The translations under genes were made by a program, and so were the position numbers. A model generated the notes under the pieces. It was not told where the DNA came from, ran no database searches, and saw nothing but the letters and a program-made list of their open reading frames with translations. 64,000 nucleotides of DNA from positions 1,240,001 to 1,304,000 of the forward strand of contig OZ237742.1 in NCBI GenBank assembly GCA_965178125.1, read 5' to 3'. This document shows positions 1-14,106 of the stretch, piece after piece. Source of the DNA: Bilabrum cf. latius (Eukaryota). Numbering within the stretch: the first letter of the stretch is position 1; every line of letters begins with the position of its first letter.

Positions 1-3000
1 GTCCAGGCCACGGGGAATCCCATGGTCAGCGAGTCTCGACCGCTTCCCATGTCCTCTTCCCGGTTCCGCAGCGGGTGGGAGGGGCGCCGCGCATCGGCCC
101 CGCGCGGGGAGCCCGGAGACTCAGACCCGCCCCGGTCATCACTCCGAGAATCGGAATCGGAATCGGAATCGGAATCGCTCCACTCGCCGTCGTCATCGCT
201 GCGGTCTGATGAATAGCTTCCGCGTCGGCCGCGGCTGTCCCTGCCTGTGCCTCTGCGGCTCCGGCTCCTTCTCCCCCTCCTCCTTCCTCTTCCTCTTCCT
301 CTGCTCCTGCTCCTTCTGTTTCTGTTCCTCCGTGCCACCCGGCCCCAGTCCCCGAAGCCTCCGCCCTCCCTCCCGTCCTCCAGCCGCATCCACCTCTCAC
401 GCCTGGACCGCATCCCTCCCGCAGACCTCGGGTCCTCCCCCTCTGCCCTCAGGCGGACCGCTGCAGTGGCGAAATGCCGCGCCACCAGGAGTGCCTCGAT
501 CTCGTTGAGGGGGAGACGGAGCGCCTGCAGGGCCGCGAGGAAGCTCCTGGAGGGCATCTCGCCAGTCTCCGCGGTGTCGTACAGCCGAAAGGTGGACTGA
601 ACCCTGACGTCATACCCTTCGTCTGCGGCCCGCATCAGTGAGGCATGCGATCGGAGCACGTCCGCGACCCGACTGACCTCTTCCTCGTCCAGCTCCACCA
701 GGCTGCACAGATCGTAGTACGACACGGCATCCCTGGGGCGGGCGCCTGAAGAGGAGGATCCAATCCCCCTCGCCCCTCTCCCCAGCCCGCTGTCCTCGTC
801 CTCACCGCCGTCAAAGTCCGTCCCAAAGCGCCTTTTGCCACCGTGCCGATCAGTGCCCTGGTCCCTTCGCCGCGGTGCAAACGACGCCCGCAATCCGAGG
901 CCACCGTCCTCCTCGTCCTCCTCCTCATCGTCGCCCTCCTCGTCCTTGCCGGAAGACCTGCCGCGACCGTTGCCCCTTCTGCCCTTCCCGCTTTCCTATT
1001 TCTACTCCCCTTTCTCCTCCTCGTCCTCCTCCCCACCGCTGGCACCATCCATCCAGTCGCCCTCACCACCACCACCACCAGCATCACCACCACCTCCCTT
1101 GCGCCAAGCCCCGCGCCTGGCCCCCCCGCGACCCGCACCATCCGGACCTCCGTCTTGATATTCATCACCACCTTCGATCCCCGGCCAGCCCCTTTCCTTT
1201 GCCTGCATCGCCAGGCGCGCCGCAAGGCGATCCACCTCCGCTGGTGTCATCTCCACGCCCAGCCTGCGCACGGCCCGGCCCAGCTCAGACCGCGAAAACC
1301 ATCCCTTGCCGGTGGGGTCCAGCTGCCGGAACGCGGCATGCACCACGAGGTCCGCGTGGCCCTGCGCCCACGAGGACTCCCTGAGGCGAGCACGGAGCAT
1401 CTGCTCCGCGGGAGACACCAGGCGCACTCCAGCGGCCCTGGCCTGGTCGCCCCCCAGCACCACCCGGAGGAACATCGAATAGTCCACCCGTCCGGAGCCG
1501 TCCACGAAGCAGCCCACGGCGGCCAGCATCAGGGAACAGTCCGCGGGCGTCATCGGCACGCCTAACACCGCCAGAGCGGCAGCAAGCTCAGACACCAAGA
1601 TCCGGCCCAGCCCCCGCGCAACGCCCTCCTGGTGTTGGACCCTCGGGTCGCTGGCCGTGTCGAACCTGGCGAGGGTCCTCAGGACCTCCCCTTGCTCGAG
1701 CCGGGGGTCCCCCAGCCCGGCCCTCACCCTGGCCGCCAACGCCAGCCCCCTGGCCTCGTCCTCTCCGCTTACCAGCAGCTGGCAGAACAGCAGGTAGTCC
1801 ACAGGTGCGTTGCGGCCAGCTGTTCTAGAGCGCCTTGCCCCACCCTTGCGCCCCTGTTCCCTTTCCTCCTCCTCCTCCTCTCTCTCCCCCAAATACGCCC
1901 GCACAGATGCAGCTCTCCTCAGCTCCTTCACTAGCAGCAGTCCGTCTCCGTGCCGCACCCCTAAAGCCCGCATCCTGCCCCTGACCAGCCGCAGAAAGAC
2001 CCTCGGCTGCACCGTTCCGTCGTCATCCAAGTCGTGGTCCGCGAACAGCACCTCCGGCCGCGCGGGGATGTGGCCACGTTCCCGGGCGCGAGCAAAGCGA
2101 CGGCGCAGGCGGTGCAGCAGCCTGCGGAACCTACCGGAAAGCGCGGCGCCGGCGCGGCTCAGCGCGTAATCTCGAGAGGAGCCGCCCCTGTGCCTGCCGC
2201 CCCGCCCTCGGCCGCGCGGCGACCCGCTGTACTCGGAATCGAAATCCGATTGACCCTCCTCTCCGTATGCGGAGCCATAGTCGTCGTCACCATTGTCATC
2301 ATAGTCCTCGTCATCGTCGAGTTCGTCATAGCTGTCATCGCCGAATCGTCCACCGTGATACCTGCCCCTGCCCCTGCCCCTGCCGCGCCCACCCTCGAAA
2401 TCGTCCTCCTCGTCAAAGCCCGCATCCTCCCCACCGTACTCACCCACCCCGACCAACTCTGCCACCTCCTGTCCCAGCGCACGAGCACCGCCCCCGATCC
2501 CCACCGCGGCGCGAAGCTGCCCCAGACCACCGCCGACTGGATCGCCGCGCCCCCGCGCAGAGACAGCCTCTCCCGCGCTCCGGAGCCCGCCACCTCGCGG
2601 TGGTTCCCTCGCTCCCACGGCCCTGCAGGCCCTGGACACACTCGTCACAGCGATGGCAGACACGAGCAGCCTGTCCCCGCCCTTCCCCCCGGGGCCCAGC
2701 AGGGGCACGGCAGTGGGAGGCAACACGGCAGGAACAGGCCTGTTGCCCCGTCCGCGTCTATGCCTGCGAGATGCCGAGGAGGCGCCGCGCAACACGTCCA
2801 TAAGCGGAACTTCCGCGCGCGCGGCAGGGGGGCTCCTACCCCTGGGCCTGCCGCCGGCGCCGCTCTCCTCCGCGACAGGGCTCAGCTCGATACAGAGGTA
2901 CGGCATGTCCTCGTTTCCACCCTCATCCTCATCCCCCCAGTCGACACCCGTATCCAGGTCCATCTCCTCATCTGTGTAATCGTCACCACGGCTGCCTCTA

Positions 3001-6000
3001 CGTCTGCGATGGGTTCTGCCGCGGCTACGATCCTGAGACTAGCCTCTGCCCCTGCCGCCGCGAGACATCGCACCGCCGCGACCGCGACCCGCCGCAGCGG
3101 CCCGCAGCGCCTCCCCCGCCGCTCGTCCCAAGGACCTGGGGTCCAGCCGCACGCTGGCCACGCTCGGGCCGTGAGATACGCCTGCCACCCATTCTGCGGA
3201 ACCGGCGCCGCGCAATCGGCCGCTCCTGCTCCGATCGCGGCCCTCCTGCTCCACGGACTCGCCCCCCAGCACGCGGAACTTTCCGAGACACGTCCCCGAG
3301 CCATCGCGCCGCTGGCCCCGCCCCCCGCCGCGGGGCCGCCCGCCCCTGCCTTGACTCCTTCTTGTTCTCCCGCGCCTTTCACTGCCCCCAGCAGACCCCA
3401 GTTCCCTCGCGCACTCGCTCAGTGGCCACAGCCGAGCAAACGACGGACCCCCGCACACGAGGTCAGATGCCCCCCCTGGCGCAGCGCCGCGACCACGCCC
3501 CTTCTTCCCCGGTATCCGCAGCGTGACCGTTGCCACCAGCCCCCCGGCCTCACCATGACCCGCCAGTTTGGCCAGTTTGGCTCCGTGGAGGGTCACCAGC
3601 ACCTCCATGGGACTTGATACAAGCGCACCAGCTGTGGCACGCCCGCCCGATGGGCCCACAGCGAGTGCACCCTCCAGCCCGGGAGACACCCTGACCCGGA
3701 ACGGCGAGCCGCCGAGGGCGCCTCCACGCCTATTTTTGCCCCTTCCCCGGTCACCGTCACCGTACAGACCGTCCTCGTCCCAGCCGTCCCCCTCGTCCTC
3801 CTCCTCGCCAGAGAAATCGCCCCGGTTACCTTCGCCCCTGCCACCGCGGCGCCCCCTTCGATTGCGGAACCTGCGACCGTCCTTTCCGTCCAAGTAGTCC
3901 CCATCCTCATCCTCATCCTCATCTTCGTACTCGTACTCTCCCCTCCCCCCGCCCCGTCCACCGCGCATGCGCCCTTGCCCCGCCCCCCTCCCGCCCAGCG
4001 TGGGCCTCGCCCCATCCGCCTCCGCCCCGAGCCTCCCTTGTTCCCCAGAGGCGATGGCCTGCTTCAGACCCACGGCTCGGCCCCCGCCCAGACCCGCCAG
4101 CCGCTGCCGCTGCGTGGCTCGGTCGGGGGGCAGTGCAGTCACCCAGAGGTACAGCCCCCTCGACCCCATGCCGGGGTCACCCAGCCCCTGCATGCCCGGG
4201 GTCCCCATCCCGGGGTCAGCGCGGCCAGCCCCAGACTCGTCCCGGCCGCTCTCACCGCTGCCCCCCCCGTCCCGGCGCCCCCTGGATCTGGATCGTGACG
4301 AGTGTGACGAGTGCTACCGCTCCGAGGGCGGCTGCCAGCCCCCGGCGCACGTCCACCTGTAGTTCTGCAGGGGCAGAAGGTCGCCAGCCGCGTACCTCCG
4401 GGGCCGCTGGGCACCGGGTGCCTGCTGCGGCTGGGGCCGCTTGGGAGGCATCATGTCGAAGGGAGGGGGCAGCGCGGGCGGCAGTGCCCCGCGCACCTGG
4501 GCCGCCTCCACCGCCACCCCCCTCTCTGCGGCCCTCCTGCCCTCGTGGGTCCTCGATGGCCTCTGGATCTGAGGGCCCGGGGTGCAGGCCACCTCCGTGA
4601 TGGCGTCGGCGGCGACACGCACCCACGCGGCGAGTTCCTCGGGGCTGGCGAACGTTCCTCGGCCCCCCGCAGCCGTCCTGCCACGCTCGCCGTCGTGCAC
4701 ACCACGGTCCCTGTCCCTGTCCCTGCTTCCCTGCTCGCCCAGCCTACCGAGAAGTGCGCGCATCCTCTCCCCTGCGCGCAGCACCCACAGCTGCCCGTGC
4801 CCGGGGATCCGGAGCCTAGCCTCGTACCCCTGTCGCTCCAGCTGCTCTGCGCCCCGCGAGTCGCCACCCCTTGCACCGCCACCACCACGGCCATCGGGGC
4901 TCACCGCCAGGCCCACGATCGCGTCCTCAGGGTGGGCCTCCCCGCCACTGGGACTCGTCTCTGCGTCCACGTCCCCGGAGACGCGGGCCGCCCCCGCCCG
5001 CAGCCGGGCGTACCTCGCCCATAGCTTGACGGGGTGCCTAGATGTGCCGTCACTGGCGTCCAGGTCGGGTGCACCGGGGACACCCTCCCCCGCGTCAATG
5101 ACCCCGCCCGGGGGTCCCTCACCGGCGCCCCCCCCCACACCTGCATGCTACAAGCCCATCCCCATTCCCATTCCGAGTCCTTGCCCTTGCGCGGGGTCCC
5201 ACGAGGCACCTGCGCCAGCGCCCAGCTGACCCTGGCCCTGCCCGTAGCCTGGCGGCAGCAGCTGCAGCGGAGCCCATCCCAGCCTCTTCATGTCCTCCTC
5301 ATCCTCCACCCTCCGTGTCCGCGCGATGTCCACCAGCACGGGATGCCTCGGCATCGTCGCGCTCTCCGCACTACCTCCATCCTCCAGCGCCCGCAAGGCA
5401 CCTCGGCCCCCCGGACCACCTCCAGCCCCGTCCCCTTCCTCGTCCAACAGGGGTACGGGGGGCGGCAGCTGGCCCCGTGCCCGCCCCGCGCCCGCCCGCA
5501 GAAACCTCACAAACTCGCTGGCAGACAGCTTGGCCGACCTGTCGGCATCGAAGCGGTTCATGATCGCCTTTGCTTCTCGCACAGTGACGGCCTGCAGCGC
5601 GCCGCCCCCCTCCTCTGCCAACCCGGCCTCCCTGAGCTGCCGCAGCACCCCGTTGACGTACTCTGCCAGCTCCACGGCGGTCACAGACCCAGAGCTGTCG
5701 GCGTCCATTTCTGCGAACGCGTCGTACGGGTGCACCCCCGACGCCACCAGCCTCTCCCCCAGCCAGCACGCCAGGTGCTCCACGCGCACCTGCACAGGGT
5801 CCACGAAGGCCTCGAAGTCTGCCGCCGTGACGAGGACCTCCCTGCCCATCCCAGAGCCCCCATCCCGTCGCAGCCGAGCAGAAGACCCCCTTGTTGCCTC
5901 CTCTGCGCCCCCTTCCTCCTCCTCTCCCCCCTCCTCGTCGATCGTGCCGATCCCGCTGCCGACAGCACCCCCCTTGGAGGACGAGAAGGAGGGGGCAGAG

Positions 6001-9000
6001 GCAGCCTGGGTGCTCGCCCCCGCAGCAGCGAGACCCCCCTGCCCCGCCAGCTCGAGGCACACGGCTCGGAGAAGGCGGTCCGGCAGGTTCCGCACGTCAA
6101 TGCGCGGCGCCGCATCTGCTGTTCCCTCGCCCATGCCCGGTCCTTGGTCGAAGGCGGAAGACGAGGCCGGCGGGGCTGCCATGGGCCCGCCAGAGCCACC
6201 ACCCTGCCCGGCGTCTTGCTGCTGCTGCAGCATCTCCCGGAGCAGCACGCGCACGTCGCTGGTGGTCAGGCACAGCTCGTTCCTCGAGAGCTCGTTGCGG
6301 CCCCGCCCGGAGGACGCGCTCGCGGCTCTACCCCTCCTGGAGCTCCGGTCGAATGCCTCCAGCGCCCGCCTCACCTCAGCCTCGTCGAACCGCATGCCCA
6401 TGGCCCGCCGGCATCGCCCCAGCGTGGCCAGAAAAAAGGCGCGCTGGTCAATCCCCCCGCCCGCACCAGAGCCAGGGCCCTTCCCGTGCTCGCGGCGGGC
6501 CCGTGTGACGAGTGCGGCCCGCAGGCGCACTACGGCGTCCAGCACGGCCTCCTCCTCCTTCTCGATCCCTTCCACCAGCTGCCGCAGCTGCTGCAGGTAC
6601 ACGTAGCCGTGCTCACCGATGCGCATCCGCTGGCACAAACCGTCCAGCTCACCGGGGGACAGCCGGAAGCCGAGGAGGGGCCCAAGCACCGCGGACTTGA
6701 ACTGTTCCCTGGTCACGTACCCCGTCTCCGCGGGGCTCTGCGAGTCGCCTGCCCCGGACCGCCCGCCCCCGTCCAAGTCGTCGCCGAATCTGCTGCCGTA
6801 GCTGCCGCCAGCGCCCGCCCCGCCTCGCTTCATGCCTCCCTACAGCCGGCGAGGGGCTGGCACGCCCCCGTCCCTGCCCCTGCCCCTGCCCACGCCTCGG
6901 TCGATCCCGCTCGATCTCCTGTCCTCCAGCCGGTCGGTCCCCCCCCTGCTGCCCCCAGCTGCTCCCGCGTACCCCCCGTAGAAAGCGGGGTCGAAGATGT
7001 CCTCGAGCTCGTAGCCCTGGGCGAACAGCTGCAGCAGACGCTGTGCCACGTCCCTCGTCAGCTCGTCCAGCTCTATGTCATCCAGAGACACGAACTTCCT
7101 GAACTCGTCGTAGCTGACCCTGCCGTCCCCCGAGGCGTCCACTCGCTCGAACAGAGCTCCAAAGTCCTTCGGTGCCAGCGACACCTTGAAGGGGGCTCCC
7201 CGGATCCCCTCCACGAACTCCTCGCGGGTCAGCCCCTCCCCCGCGACCTCTCTCACCTCCTGGTCCAGGTCGCGACCGCTCGCCTGCATGTGCGCGGCCG
7301 CGGCACCCAGCTCGCGCAGGTCGGCAGGCAGGGTCAGCGGCTCGCCCCTCCTCGACCTGGCCCGGGCACTCCCCCGCGCGCCCCCCCCACGGAGGGGACT
7401 GACCCCACCTTCACCCCCCGAAAACGGCCTGCCCCCGTGCCCCGCCCCAGGGGTCGCCATGGGCGTCCCCGGTCCGTCGCCCATGAAGGAGGGCAGCCGC
7501 GCCAGGCTGCCAGAGGCGTGGGACGCAACACCAGCACCAGCACCAGCACCGGCACCGGCACCGGCGGACCCGCCTGCTCCCCTGCCGCCGTTTCCTCCCG
7601 CCCCGCTCAGTGCCCCCAGTGCGTTCTGCGCGATCATCAGGTACACCAGCCTCAGATCCAGCACGCGGCCCGTGTCCGGGTGGGAGGCTGCCGCCCGGAT
7701 GCGCTGCCTGAGCCTGGCCTCGACGTCAAGGATGGTGGCCTGCTGCCTCGCCTCCACCTCCCCCGCTGCGCCGTCGTCCGCGTAGGATGCCTTCCTATAC
7801 CATAATAGCACGCTACTCCCCAGGGCCCCCTTGTTGAAGTTGCCCGGCATGCGCTTGAAGCCCCTCTGCGGCAAGAGCGCCTTCTCGTCAGTCGTGAGCA
7901 CGACGTCCAGCACCGGCTGCGCTCCCCTGCCCGATTCGCCCACGCGCCGGACCCAAAGAAACTGCCGCGGGGCCGTCATGTTGCCCCCATTGACGTCCAC
8001 GGGACACACCTCCCACCCGTCGGCAGACAGTGCGGCATCCGCGCTCTCCCCGAAGAGGCAGAGGTCAGTCACTGCCCGCCGCATTGCCGCCCTCCGTCGC
8101 TTCTCGTCTTTCACGTCGCACAGTCTCAGGACATACAGGTGCATCGCGTGGCCCTGGTTCATCCTTCCGCTGTTGAGGCTCACTGGGAGCTTCTTGTACC
8201 CCAGCTGCACCAGCCGGTCGCACCTGCTCTGCGCGCTCTCGAGCTCAACCTGCACGTCTACCACGGGCGCCACGTCTGCGGCCGCGACGCCTCCCCTGCC
8301 CGCGGCTCCGGCGCCTTGCCCCTCCCCCCCGCTGCCACCCCCCATCAGGTCCTCTGCCTGGGCCTGGAGGAAGGCGGCGAATTCGTCCACCGACACGAAG
8401 CCGTTCCCGTCGGCATCCAGCAGCTGCATCATGGCGTCGGCTTCCCCATCCGAGAGCGTCAGCCCGCACAGCTTTCGCGTGGCTGCCTTCAGGTCCTCCT
8501 TGTCCAGCTTGTCAGGGTCTGCGCTCCTGTCCCGCGGCCCGAACCAGCCGGCCCCGCCCTCGCCCTTCCTGAGCTCTTCGAGCGTGTTGCGAAACACGGT
8601 CGGGAAGTCCTGCACCTGGTAGAACTGCGTGAGTACCTGCTGCCGCAGCAACAGTGCCACCTGTCGCACTTCCTGGCTGTCGAATGCGACGTACGAAATG
8701 AACTCGGACCAAGCGATATCTCCGCTGCCATCCAGGTCCAAGCGAAGCGCCAGCTCGTCTAGCTGTTCTGCAGACAGCCTGTGCAGCCCCGGCAGGGATC
8801 TGACAGCCCTTTTGAATTCTTCCAGCGTAAGCGTGCCACTTCGGTCGGAATCGAACTCTGCAAGAGTTGAAAGCGTTCAGTCGCCAACAGCAACTCGGTG
8901 AGCAGGGCCCAACAGCGGCAAGAAGGGCACCGGGCGGCTCATGCACAAGCATGTTGCATGATCATGATGCATTGATACATTGCATGATTGTCTCACCTTG

Positions 9001-9165
9001 GAATTTCTTTTGAATCAGTTCAACAAGCTGAGCATCTGTTTTCACAGGTTTTCCGTTGGAGTCTTTCGCACTCTGTCTTATTTGTTGGCGGATCGTCCCG
9101 CTCGCAAGCGAAACATGATCAGCACCGTCAGCGCCTCCAATGGCTGGCCCACCCGAAGCGGCCAT
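1..9165 (-). CDS. Giant multi-EF-hand calcium-binding protein with MABP (beta-prism) domain and a possible C2-like segment; 3' end runs off the window (about 3,000 aa visible)
   Basis: ATG at 9165, intron 8858-8996 (GTGAGA...CAG) joins KFQ-E-FDSDRSGTLTLEEF. ORFs 6840-8741, 5148-6833, 4314-5138, 3039-4208 and 1002-2963 share one frame, separated only by TAG (6840, 5148, 4314, 3039, 1002, 996); the frame stays open towards position 1. EF-hand loops include DLDGSGDIAWSEF, DADGNGFVSVDEF, DASGDGRVSYDEF, DADSSGSVTAVEL and DPTGKGWFSRSEL. MABP-like repeats: GYKKLPVSLNSG, GWEVCPVDVNGG, GFKRMPGNFNKG...LWYRK. Confidence 0.85.
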
Positions 9166-9315
9166 GTTGATTCTGAAAACGAGACCCCAACGTTTCGTGA
9201 ACGTTGGCCCCGACTCGGCGAACCTTCACGAAGGATCCGATTCAGAGACGTTGGCGGAGCCGAGGTGGAACCAAACGTAGCTGTAGCCTACCACGTGCCA
9301 AGGGCAAGCGCTACA

Positions 9316-12300
9316 ATGCAGGCGTCGAGTAGATCAGGAGTTACAACTCGTTCAAGGGCCAAGCGCTCGCGGACCTAGATCACGGAGACGCCGCCAGCCC
9401 TGCGTCGGTCGAGGCGGCGGGCTGGGGCGCGAAAGGAATCCGGGACCGCATCTGCTGCAGAGTCCGGCGCAGAGGGATCCAGGCGCCAAGGTAGAAGCAG
9501 AAAGACATACAAAGCTTCCGACAGCCCGCCTTCCAAGCTCGTTCGGGTGAGCGCTTCCCCGACTGGCAAAGCAGCTGGAGGAGCAGGTGCCGGATCGAAG
9601 GCAGGGAAAAAGCAGCAATAGAAGACAAAAAGAACCGCTCTTGGAGACGCAGATTCATCTATGAATGCAAGCGGGGCTGCCTCCCACTACCAGCAGGATC
9701 AAAGCGAAGACATGCGCGTTCAGACTAGGGTTCGGGTGGTGCGCGCTAGGCCTGCGAAATCCGCCGGCACCGCTGGGGCGTCTGTACCCGCTGGCAGAGC
9801 AACCAGCCGGACTAGAACAGAATCAAGCAAGACCAAGAAACCGGCTGTTTCGGGCACGGCTTCGGCAGCTCCCGCGGAACCGCCGGCCGCAACGGTGGCA
9901 TCCGCATGTCCCTCGCAGCAGCGAGCGCGAGCAGCTGCTCGGTCTTCCGCCCAGAGGAAGCGAGCAGCGGCACCGTCCGCCGCCTCGGCGGTACGGTCAG
10001 GCCGTCACGCCAGCTTCAAGATCTCCTCCGGCCCCGCACGCCGAGCCCGGGGCAGGGCAGGGCCGGGGCACCCAGGCACGCAGCAGACCCCGTCCAACCG
10101 AGCAGCAGGCGGCGCCGCGCCGGGTTCCGCAACCTCGGCATCATCGGCCGCATCGGCTGCATCGGCTGCATCCTCCTCTTCCTCCTCTTCCTCCTCCCGG
10201 CTGCTGCAGCCCACCGCCTCAAGCGCCGCGCGGCGGTCTGCCATCCGAGCCCGGTCTCAGTCCCGGGGGGCCGCTTCCTCCAAGCGACCGGTCTCCATGG
10301 GTGGCACTGGGGGGTCGGGAGCAGGGAAAGGCGGCAGGGCCCGTAGCAGGGCTCATGCGAGGACGTCTGTGGGCGGGAGAGGTGTGACGAGTGCGAAGCA
10401 GGAGCAGAGGCAGCAGGCCGCGGGAGCGTCGTCGTCGTCCTCGTCGTCGTCCTCGGCAGCAGCCGCCCCGGTGGCAGCGACAGGCGATTCCATCACGTCT
10501 CCAGGCGCCGCCCGCCGGCTGGCGGCCTCCATGTCCTCGGCACGGCGGAGCGGTGTGACGAGCGCGGGAGGTCGCGGTGCAGCGGGCCGCACGTCGATCC
10601 GGTCCGCCTCCCGCTCACGGGGAGTGGGGGCACGAGGGGGGAGGTCCGCGAGCAGGTCCCGGGGTGGTGTGACGAGTGTTGGTGCTGCTGGTGTGACGAG
10701 TGCAAGCCGCGTGTCGATCCGGGGGTCTCCTGGCCAGCGGCGCCGGCAGCAGCAGCGGCTGTCGATCCTCAAGGCGGCCTTCTCACCCGCCGGCAGCCTG
10801 CGGCGCGGCAAGCACGTGCGGATGCTGCTCACGAGCAAGATCAAGGAGGCGAGACTGGCTCTGGAGGCGGGCGACCTCCGAGCGGCTCGGGCTGTGTACG
10901 AGGGCCTGCCTGCCGAGCTGCCCGAATGCAGGGGCAAGGCCCTCTACTGGCTGGGCTGGTCCCGCATGGAGGAGGGCGAGGGCCGGCTGCAGGAGGCCGC
11001 CGAGCTGCTGTCCAAGGGGCTGGCGCTGTGCCGGTGTGACGAGTGGGAGCACGACTGCCTCACGCAGGGAGCCACCCAGTTCGCCAGGCGGATGGCCTCT
11101 TCCTCTTCTTCTTCCTTCTCCTCGTCTTCTTCATCGTCCCAGGGCCAGTCAGCGGCTGCAACCGCCAAGGCGCTCGTGGAGAAGGCCGTGCAGGAGGAAG
11201 AGGAAGAGGACGGGCAGGAGGAAGAGGAAGAGGAAGAGGACGGGCAGGAGCAGGGACAGGAAAAAGGACAAGGTCAAGGGGAGCACTCGCCTGCGCCCGG
11301 CAAGTCCCCCGCCGCCCGCCGGCTGGACGAGACGCTGGCAAGGGCGAGGGGCCGGCTGGACAGCCTCAGAGACGTGAGCGACGGGCCGGCGCCGCGCACT
11401 CCCAGGCAAGTTCCGCAATCGGTCGGAGAGGGAGTGCAAGGCAACAGCCCCAGCCAAGGTGCAGCCAAGGTGACAGGCGAGGAAAAGGAGGAGGAATCTG
11501 AGGCGGAATCTGAGGAGGAGGAGGAGGAGGAGGAGGAGGAGGCAGCCACTGGCACCGAGTCAGCGGATGGAGGGGCTGCCTCCTCTACCGACCTGGCGTC
11601 CCCACAGCCCATGCAGCTGACTGCGTCCACTCGAAAGGCACTGCGGAGCCGCAGCGGTGGCAAGCCGTTCGCGATGCGCGGCGCCGCTGACCCGGCGACC
11701 CCTCCAGTTCCGCCGGCCATGGGATCGGACCAGGATCAGGGTGATGACGCGGAGGTATCTCCGCAGCTGCAGCTGGCACGGACGCAGCTGCTGCCCCCCG
11801 AGCTGCCAAGCGAGGAGGAGGAGATGGGTGCAAGCACTGCGCGGCAGCTCTTTTCGGGCGGACAGGCGGCCATGCAGGACGGGGAGGATGTAGGAGCAGA
11901 AGGGGGCGAGGACGGGGACGGGGACGAGGGCGGGCGCGCTGCCGGGAACGGCGCGCTGCCACGCCTCTCGCCCGCAGCCGCGGACGGGCCCGGCTCGCCC
12001 GCGCTGCCCCGACTGAGCGCAGCATCGGCCGCGCTGCTCGCGGGGACGGGGACCCCGGGGATGGTGGGGGGGGAATACCCCCCCCGCCTACGCCTGAGGC
12101 TCGGCGGGGTCGCGGGCGACGAGAACTGCCGGAGGGCAGCCGAGGCTGCGGTGGCTGACCTGGCCGGCGACTTCATCGCGGGGGGCGACTCGCTGGACAG
12201 CACGGCCAACACGAGCGGCACTGGCGGCGCGAGAGGTTCCGCAATGGACGCGGCGCCGCGCGACGACGCCTCGCTGGAGGAGCTGGGCCAATTCGCTGAG

Positions 12301-13713
12301 GAGGACGCGGACATGGGGCCCGTGGGGAGGTATGAGGGGTTCACGGATGACACGGCGGACTGGCCGTTTGGGGGGGCCGGAGCAGGCGAGGGCGAGGACG
12401 GTGATGGAGTCTGGGCGGCCGGTGGAGCGCGGGACGGAGCTCACGGGTCCGGGCGGGGAGCGGCCAGCGGAACCATCCGGGACGGCGCCGCGGCGCCCGT
12501 GCCGGACTCCGCGGGGAGCGGCAGCAGCGGCCGAGGAGGCAGAGGAGGAGGCTCAATGTCTAGTGCGCTGGCAGGGGGCTCTGCGTCCGCCCGAGCGTTG
12601 TCATCGGGGGCGGGCGGCCACGCCCGTGTGCCGCCCTCGCCGGCGCTGCCCACGGCCAGGCGGCTGGGGAACAGCGGGCACGGGGTGGTGGTGCAGCAGC
12701 CGCTGGGATCCGTGGTGGTGCTGCAGCAGGTGAGCGTGCGGCCCTCAACGGCAGAGGCCCTCGGGTCTGCCTGGGCCGTGTCTCCGGTCCGACGGTCTTT
12801 GCGAGTGGTGCAGGGGCACGGCGGGGGGGGGCAGGAGAGGATGCACGACGGAGACAAGGAAGGAGAGGAGGGCAATGAGGAGGAGGAGGAGGAGGAGGAG
12901 GACGAGAATTTCCCAGTGGCCCGGCTGTTCCGCCCGGCCCGCCTCGAAGACGTGGACTACGCCTTCCTGCCCAATAGTGCGGTGGCTGGCATGCACGCGG
13001 GTGTCATCGCGCCGACGGGAACGTCCGCGCTCACACGGAGCGCGGCGAGAGCCATCAATGGTGGCAACGAGCGGAGGAACAAGAGGCAGGAGCAGGGGCA
13101 GCAGCAACGCAGGCTGTGCGCCACGGCGCGCAAGGCCGGTGCGCAAGGCATCGCAGCGGCCGGCACCCCTCGCGCGAGGACGAGGCCAGGGGGGCTGCTT
13201 CTCCAGCGGTCGCAGCAGCAGGCTCTGACCCCCGGCGCTGGTGCTGGGGCCGGGGCCGGGGCTGTAGCAGCGCGACCCCGAGTGCCAATGACCGCGGCAC
13301 CGGCGGGTGCTGGCGCAGGCGCGGTCGTGAGCCGGTCCCGTCTCCCGCTGGGGGGCGCGCCCGGCTCGGGAGCTGCATCTGGGCGCGAGAGACGGGCCCT
13401 TGACTTCGGGGGGGATGGGGGCCGAGGGAACAGCGAAGGTGACGGCGATGAGGCGGGGGGCAGCGGGCCCGTGGGATATGCTGCGGCTCTGCAGGCGGCC
13501 ATGGATCGGAGGGAACAGCGCAAGCCCAGGTTCATGGGGGGCCGCAGGGGGCTGGCGGGGGCCTTGAGGAACAGCAGCATCGGCGGCGGCGGTGGTGTGA
13601 CGAGTGGCGGGAAGGTGGCTGCGGCGGGACCGCAAGGGGCCAAGGGGCTGAGCGCAGGGGCTGGGGCTGTCGGGACGAGCGCGTTCCAGCCGCAGGCGCG
13701 TGCGGGGCTGTGA
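9316..13713 (+). CDS. Large low-complexity protein (1465 aa) with CKAP2/CKAP2L C-terminal-like motifs; putative microtubule/spindle-associated protein
   Basis: Listed ORF 9661-13713 extends in frame to ATG 9316 through two TAGs (9376; 9619 in the context CAG CAA TAG) and ends in TGA. Motifs LPECRGKALYWLGWSRME, VSPVRRSLR and YAFLPNSAV resemble CKAP2_C (KYW..LA, TPVRRS.R, PN.AL). Family call is from motif recall only. Confidence 0.6.
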
Positions 13714-14106
13714 CCTGGGCTCAGCTAACCTGGGAGGCGCTGGTGTGAGCACGGGCATGGGCATGGGCATGGGCATGGGTTCGGGTTTGTGGCTGTGTGA
13801 ACTGAACGGTGAGTGGTTTTTGCAAACTGGATAGATCTAGCGACAGCTAGATGTTAGCTCGTTGCAACCGACCAGTCCAGCATGAGTCCAGAGTATCCTA
13901 TCCGGTCTAGACCAAGGGCCCTCCAAGCTCGAGCTTGCCACGAGGCAGGGAGGACAGATCAACTGGTCAATGAAGGCCCCAGATCCGGAGCCGACATCAC
14001 TCATCCGGAGTCGATACGCGGCTGGCCCCCGGCGCGCCGGATGCCACAACTAGCACCCAGTCAAGCCAAGCAACCGCGCTCGAGAGCAAAAGCAAGGACT
14101 AAAGCC

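Noticed and set aside
5034-7805. Long antisense or alternate-frame ORFs (5034-7805 +, 2034-3617 +, 33675-35462 -, 52501-54015 -, 16563-17996 +)
   Set aside because: Shadow ORFs of GC-rich genes on the opposite strand; they have no recognisable domains.
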